A stretch of DNA of 44,067 nucleotides from a virus (lineage: Duplodnaviria > Caudoviricetes). Under the pieces are notes generated by a model, which saw nothing but the letters and a program-made list of their open reading frames with translations, was not told the origin of the DNA and made no database searches. How positions within the stretch are numbered: the first letter of the stretch is position 1; each line of letters starts with the position of its first letter. The DNA lies in the IMG/VR virus record IMGVR_UViG_3300037634_003240, positions 1 through 44,067 of that record; one strand, 5' to 3'. Made by a program: the position numbers and the translations under genes. Below are positions 39,235 through 44,067 of the stretch, piece by piece.

Positions 39235-40365
39235 TTAAGCTACATCGACCTGGATTCTTGCGGAACCGATAGCACCGCTTTGTACCATGTCTTTGATGTT
39301 CTTTGCAGAAGAACCAAGACTCAAACCTACGAGTGCGTCCTCTGCGAAATTATAAATGTAAGCAGGAATACCATTTGTTTCTGTACCCTGAAGTCCAGAA
39401 CCAGGATAGGTATCTACAGCCTGCAGTTGATCTTTCGGAAATCTTGCTTCTGTGAATAGAAGTCTACCCACAGTCTGATTTGTGATCGATGCAGAAGCTG
39501 CTGAACCGTGAGGTACAAACTTACCGTATGCATCGGATGTCAAAATCTTACCGGCACGCCCATCATAAATGTTAGCAGTACTATCAAAGTAAAAGAAGCC
39601 GTGCTTCTTGTAAACCGCTTCGTAACCATCTTCTGTTGAAGCAGAAGGATCACTTGTAACAGTTGCTGCTGCGAAATTAGTAAGCGTCTGTGGTGTAGTA
39701 TCGCCAAAATCAGCATATGGAAGATCGATCAATCCATCTGCAAGGATACCGTACTGGCTAGCCCATAGATTATAGTTCAAACTCTTACCACGAATATCCT
39801 GCATTACGTCCATGAAGGCTACGCCAGCAGGCATATTAATTGGAGTATCAATGAAGTCTGCTGCAGTTGCGAGTGTATTGCTGGCATCTGGAAGTACTGT
39901 ACCTGCAGTTACATCGTCTGCACTGTATTCATATCTAACTGCTGCTCCACCGTTTGCTGGAATCAAAAGTCCTGCTGCTGACTCGTGATAACCCCAGAAA
40001 CTTGTATCGATGTTAAGTGCTGTATATGCTGCTCCAGCTACTGTCTCATCATCAAAAACAGGAATGTTACCTGATGCTTCGATATCTGGAATACCACCAG
40101 AGATACCTGTTTCTGCTGTTGCTGTAGTCTGATTTGTAATCAAACTAACAATTGTACCTTTTGTAATTACTACCCAGTCTCCGGTCTCAGTATCCTGCCA
40201 CTGGACAGGAAGAGCTTTCCATGGATAGAAGGCACCAGCCGGACGCATACCACCCTGAGCAGATTGCTCTAGCTCTCTACGGAGTGGGGATGTGTTATAC
40301 TTAGAAGGGTTACTTCTAATAGGCTGTCTGCGAACACTTTCATTTAAGAATACCAAATCTGACAA
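39235..40365 (-). CDS. Putative capsid decoration/stabilising protein
   Basis: Between protease and capsid genes. Beta-rich, A/T/G/S-rich. VVITKG.IV, SDAYGKF...Q.VG. TTG start. Confidence 0.6.
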   Translation of the reverse strand: MSDLVFLNESVRRQPIRSNPSKYNTSPLRRELEQSAQGGMRPAGAFYPWKALPVQWQDTETGDWVVITKGTIVSLITNQTTATAETGISGGIPDIEASGNIPVFDDETVAGAAYTALNIDTSFWGYHESAAGLLIPANGGAAVRYEYSADDVTAGTVLPDASNTLATAADFIDTPINMPAGVAFMDVMQDIRGKSLNYNLWASQYGILADGLIDLPYADFGDTTPQTLTNFAAATVTSDPSASTEDGYEAVYKKHGFFYFDSTANIYDGRAGKILTSDAYGKFVPHGSAASASITNQTVGRLLFTEARFPKDQLQAVDTYPGSGLQGTETNGIPAYIYNFAEDALVGLSLGSSAKNIKDMVQSGAIGSARIQVDVA

Positions 40366-40389
40366 GTTAATTCACTCTCCTAGTTAAGT

Positions 40390-41982
40390 CTATTTATTAG
40401 ACTTTTTAAGAATTATTCTCTTGATCATATCTGAACCGCTTTCTTCCTTTGTTGAATCAACAATTTTTTCATCAGGATCATTATCCAGAACTGGATTGTC
40501 TGTTCCCTGTGTTGGTTCGTCAGGCTTCTGATATGTTCCGAACTTTGTTTCAGCGCCCAATGCGTCGTACGCACTAGCGATCTGATGTCCGTCCATATCC
40601 GAAATTACCTTGGAGATAGCTTCCGATCTGTTATCAAAGAACTTCTCTGCTGTGACAAGGTCAGGTAGTTTACCTGCGCTCATCTGTAGATCCACTAGAA
40701 GGGTAGCCCTTAGACGTTGAACTAATTGATAGAGTCCTGTGTTCTCATCAACCATTGCCTTCATAAGATCGCTCTCGTCTGGTTGCTCATCTAATTGAGT
40801 CTTGAGTGCATCAACCTGAGTCTGTAGCTTGCTTATGGTATCGGACTTCTCTTCGATGTCTTTCTGTACATCTTCTAGTTTTGTTTTAACTGCTTCGTGT
40901 TCCAGTACCTTTTCATCACTAAGTAGTTCTGTAAGATCTGCAATCTTCTTTTCAAGGTCTGCAATCTTTTCTGTAAATGAAAGATCCTGGTTGTCATCTG
41001 CAGCTTCGAATGATGCTTTCTTCATTAGCACAACTGAAGTAAGCTTGGCTTTGGATCCTCTACCATTGTAGTTATCCAAAATTTCTATTGCAGCATTGAT
41101 GTGTTCCATGTCAGGAAGAGGAAACGTACTCTTCTTATCTGTATGTGGTCCACAAAATGCATCGTCACCTTCGTAGAACTTATCTCCAAGTTTTTCTTTC
41201 ATTGCTTCTGCAACATGAGCTGCAAGCTTGAAGTCGTGTGCTGTCCACGCTGTAACGTCTTTCGGTTCCTCTTCTTTCTCGTCTTCTATTTCTACTTTGA
41301 TGTGTGCTTCTTTAGCTTCACCAGATAGTTCAATAGAATCCCGTATAAGGATTACTTCTTCGCTATCTGTACTATCGTCGTCTCCGACATGCACTACACC
41401 AGCAAAGTGATCTTCGGACTGATCTGCTGGAGTATTTACAAATGATACTTCGCTGTATTTTCTCTGACCTACATTCCATACACAAACTTGATCATCATAA
41501 GTCTTACCTTTTTCATGATCGCACTTGTCTTCTTTGCTCGATACATTAGAGTCACATATAGAGCATCTAATATCTTTACTTGAGCACGATGTAGATACAG
41601 TTAAGTACGTACCGTCAAGTACTTTCTTAATTGCATCGGGGTCGGTAATGAGCGCATCTAGAACAACTACACCAGTTGGACGATTATCTTTATCGTCTCC
41701 ATCTTGAAGCTGGAGATCTTCTCGTCTAGCATCGTAGACCCTGCCTAGAGGATCTTCCTGATCATTGTGAAATGTCACAACTGGCTTACCGAATGGTTCA
41801 AACCAAGACTTCAGGCTATTATCGGTAGCTTCGCCGTCTACATATCGAAACTTGTTCTCATTAACGTAACCCAGATGTGTTGCAGCCAGACGAACATTTA
41901 ATGCCTTAATATCAGAAGCATCTCTGGTTTTCAAAGCATCGGTCATCTGAACTTTCACGGGATTAACATTTACAAATTTCAA
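40390..41982 (-). CDS. Prohead protease with C-terminal coiled-coil scaffold
   Basis: ATH.G.VNEN, KPV..FHN...PLGRV, YLTVS, CSIC...CDH..G..Y...C, EVSFVN.PAD. Start placed at TTG 41982 (TTGA overlap with the kinase stop, SD GAGGTG). Confidence 0.85.
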   Translation of the reverse strand: MKFVNVNPVKVQMTDALKTRDASDIKALNVRLAATHLGYVNENKFRYVDGEATDNSLKSWFEPFGKPVVTFHNDQEDPLGRVYDARREDLQLQDGDDKDNRPTGVVVLDALITDPDAIKKVLDGTYLTVSTSCSSKDIRCSICDSNVSSKEDKCDHEKGKTYDDQVCVWNVGQRKYSEVSFVNTPADQSEDHFAGVVHVGDDDSTDSEEVILIRDSIELSGEAKEAHIKVEIEDEKEEEPKDVTAWTAHDFKLAAHVAEAMKEKLGDKFYEGDDAFCGPHTDKKSTFPLPDMEHINAAIEILDNYNGRGSKAKLTSVVLMKKASFEAADDNQDLSFTEKIADLEKKIADLTELLSDEKVLEHEAVKTKLEDVQKDIEEKSDTISKLQTQVDALKTQLDEQPDESDLMKAMVDENTGLYQLVQRLRATLLVDLQMSAGKLPDLVTAEKFFDNRSEAISKVISDMDGHQIASAYDALGAETKFGTYQKPDEPTQGTDNPVLDNDPDEKIVDSTKEESGSDMIKRIILKKSNK

Positions 41983-42902
41983 TCTTCTGCCACCTCTGTG
42001 ACTATGTGATTCCAACTTTCAATGTCTAGTGTATTGCCAGCGGGAAGTGACATCATTCTCTCACAGCCTTTAACGGCTGCTTCGAGACCTGTTCTCAAGT
42101 CCCAACCTTCTAATGCACCTACTGCAAGAACTGCAGTCATGACATCTCCTGCTCCAACCACTGTTTTAGGTTTACGTTGTCCTGGAAATACTAATCCAAA
42201 AGGATGCTTCTTATCATCATAATGAATAGGTTCTTTTCCATTTGTTACTACAACTTGACCTGGGGTCCAGTCTGCTAACTTAGTAATAGCATCCAAAGTA
42301 TTATCAGTTGATGTTAAAGCTAGAGCTTCTGCAGAATTGGGTTTAATAATTATTTCATCCGTCTTGTATGCATCAAAGAACTCTTTCTTCGGATCTGCAA
42401 TCCAAGTTCGGAAACGACCTTTGAGGGTCTGTAGTATTGACTCAGTTATTGATCCCTTTGCGTAGTCGCTAGTTATTAACACTTCGCAACTATCAGGTAT
42501 ATCTTCAATCATTTCTAACACATGTTTATCATATTTCCTAAATGCATTAAAATGAGGATCTAAGTCAATTCTGGTTATGGTTTCATCTCCACACATGTAT
42601 CTATCTTTCTTACAGTCGAGATCAATCCATCCTAATGTTGTACCATCTATTAGGTATTTCTTTAAGGGAGCATGTGCTCCACTGTCATCTAATATGTTAG
42701 TTCCAGTCATACCAATTATAATAGTTGGTATTCCCATTCGAGCTAGACACATTGCTACATTGCCTGCTCCTCCAGGACTAGAGTGATCAAAGATAGGGTT
42801 AACTATACATAAACCATCGTGCTCTGGAGACTTCTTTGTTGTTGCTTGATAATATCTGTCCAACATAATGTCGCCGAAGACAACGACTTTAGGACTTACC
42901 AT
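41979..42902 (-). CDS. rfaE1: PfkB-family kinase, RfaE/HldE domain-I-like (D-glycero-D-manno-heptose-7-phosphate kinase)
   Basis: VFGDIMLDRY, SPE, PGGAGNVA, K.R....I.RID, SDYAKG, DPK, KPN..EA, V.GAGD. Confidence 0.8.
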   Translation of the reverse strand: MVSPKVVVFGDIMLDRYYQATTKKSPEHDGLCIVNPIFDHSSPGGAGNVAMCLARMGIPTIIIGMTGTNILDDSGAHAPLKKYLIDGTTLGWIDLDCKKDRYMCGDETITRIDLDPHFNAFRKYDKHVLEMIEDIPDSCEVLITSDYAKGSITESILQTLKGRFRTWIADPKKEFFDAYKTDEIIIKPNSAEALALTSTDNTLDAITKLADWTPGQVVVTNGKEPIHYDDKKHPFGLVFPGQRKPKTVVGAGDVMTAVLAVGALEGWDLRTGLEAAVKGCERMMSLPAGNTLDIESWNHIVTEVAED

Positions 42903-42973
42903 ATTTCTATAACTCCATATTATCCTTTACTTTATACTCACTACATAGCCCCATAACTTTTTTTGGGGTACAA

Positions 42974-44065
42974 TTAATTTGCAGTGCGACCAGGAACTGT
43001 CACCAAACAGTTACAATTAGGGTGCGAACTTCCTGGTGGAATGTCCAAGGAAGTTAAGTTATCAACGACTGGAAATGTTCTTGCTCCTTTGTTACATCCA
43101 GGACATGCAGGAATCAGAAGTTCTTGTTGTCCTTGGGCTTGGAACATTCTTGCTCTACCAAAATTGTAATCTCTCATCAATGAAGTAGAAAGATTCATTT
43201 TAATTCTATGGTGATATGTGTCCATGATTGCAGACACAGTTGATGCATCCAAAGAATCTGTAATATTTTTTTGATTGATCTTACGCGCAACTGTTCTCGC
43301 TAACTTTTGTAATGACTTCTTAGCTTGTGTAATTGTATCCTCTACATCACTTTGCATCAATGAAGCTTGATCATTATCTATGATAACATCATCAGTGAGT
43401 ACACTATGTGCACCTTGAATATATGCATTAGTAAGTATAGGGGCGAGTACACCAATAGAGTCATCTACGAATTGTTTCTGAACTCCATCTATCCACACGT
43501 CATCCATCTTATCATCTTCACTACCAAGTATAGTAATGAAATCTGTTCTCATAGTTTGCCAGTGAGAATCAATAATGTTTGACGAATGACTCATGCCCAA
43601 TTCGTTCAGTACCGGAGTATCAAATGTATCTTGTAGTTGTAGTTCATCATTCAGATCCCCATCCTGAGGTATACGAGGAGATGCGAGTTGGGTCCCGTGT
43701 TGATTAGTGGGAATGTCCTTACTCTGTGCACTTCCATTTCCACCTACTGTACCTTTCAACATAAGTGTAGGCATAGTAACGTTCTTCAGATATGTATCTG
43801 CTTCTTGTGATCCAGTGAACGGTTCTTTACCAACTGCAAGTCTTGCTTCTTCATGTGTGATCATGCCACCTTGATACAGAAGCATATTATGATTCTCGCT
43901 CTTTATCTTCTCATCTATATCAATTGAAGGTATGAACATTGTTACTTTATTAGTAGAGTTGTATTCGTCGTACGCGAACCCACCTTCAGAAAGGAGTTCT
44001 TCCAGTATGAATTCATTAACGAACATCTTCAGTACATCTTGAAACTCTTCTACTGTGTCGCGAGT
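42974..44065 (-). CDS. Partial (5'-truncated) portal protein with C-terminal gpF-like head morphogenesis domain
   Basis: Frame is open to the window edge (TRDTVEEFQDVLKMFVNEF...). Portal-like G.IT.EEAR...G.EP. C-terminal CPGC...PP..HPNCNC. Confidence 0.7.
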   Translation of the reverse strand, partial: TRDTVEEFQDVLKMFVNEFILEELLSEGGFAYDEYNSTNKVTMFIPSIDIDEKIKSENHNMLLYQGGMITHEEARLAVGKEPFTGSQEADTYLKNVTMPTLMLKGTVGGNGSAQSKDIPTNQHGTQLASPRIPQDGDLNDELQLQDTFDTPVLNELGMSHSSNIIDSHWQTMRTDFITILGSEDDKMDDVWIDGVQKQFVDDSIGVLAPILTNAYIQGAHSVLTDDVIIDNDQASLMQSDVEDTITQAKKSLQKLARTVARKINQKNITDSLDASTVSAIMDTYHHRIKMNLSTSLMRDYNFGRARMFQAQGQQELLIPACPGCNKGARTFPVVDNLTSLDIPPGSSHPNCNCLVTVPGRTAN

Positions 44066-44067
44066 AT

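Noticed and set aside
18227-40392. Stop-codon recoding (TAG stops at 18227 and 40390 are followed closely by in-frame TAA)
   Set aside because: Genes of 6-8 kb are uninterrupted in the standard code, with none of the fragmentation recoding would cause.
41983-42015. ATG 42015 as protease start
   Set aside because: It overlaps the kinase by 37 nt, whereas TTG 41982 has an SD and a TTGA coupling.
1214-43582. Numerous short plus-strand and nested minus-strand ORFs in the track
   Set aside because: They lie antisense to or inside well-supported genes and have no recognisable motifs; shadow ORFs.
1-44067. tRNA, rRNA, integrase or IS elements
   Set aside because: Intergenic gaps are too small for RNA genes and no such motifs were recognised.

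Overview
The whole window is one densely packed minus-strand operon: the virion morphogenesis module of a large contractile-tailed phage (myovirus). In transcription order (right to left) it encodes: portal with a C-terminal gpF-like domain (partial), an RfaE/HldE-type heptose-7-phosphate kinase, prohead protease/scaffold, putative decoration protein, major capsid protein, neck proteins, tail sheath, tail tube plus tube paralogues, two tail chaperones, three giant proteins (2582, 2322 and 2120 aa), holin, amidase endolysin and baseplate genes (last one partial). The standout is the 2322-aa protein. By eye it carries beta-like and beta'-like double-psi-barrel RNA polymerase motifs in one chain, fused to an intact DEDDh exonuclease. 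It lies next to a tape-measure-slot protein containing a LAGLIDADG intein and a Cas4/RecB-like nuclease. Other points: Ser-Gly-rich surface domains (possible virion heptosylation), an unannotated 25-aa basic peptide, and shared TTG-start and hairpin leaders on the major structural genes. All calls rest on manual motif reading and synteny; no searches were run.
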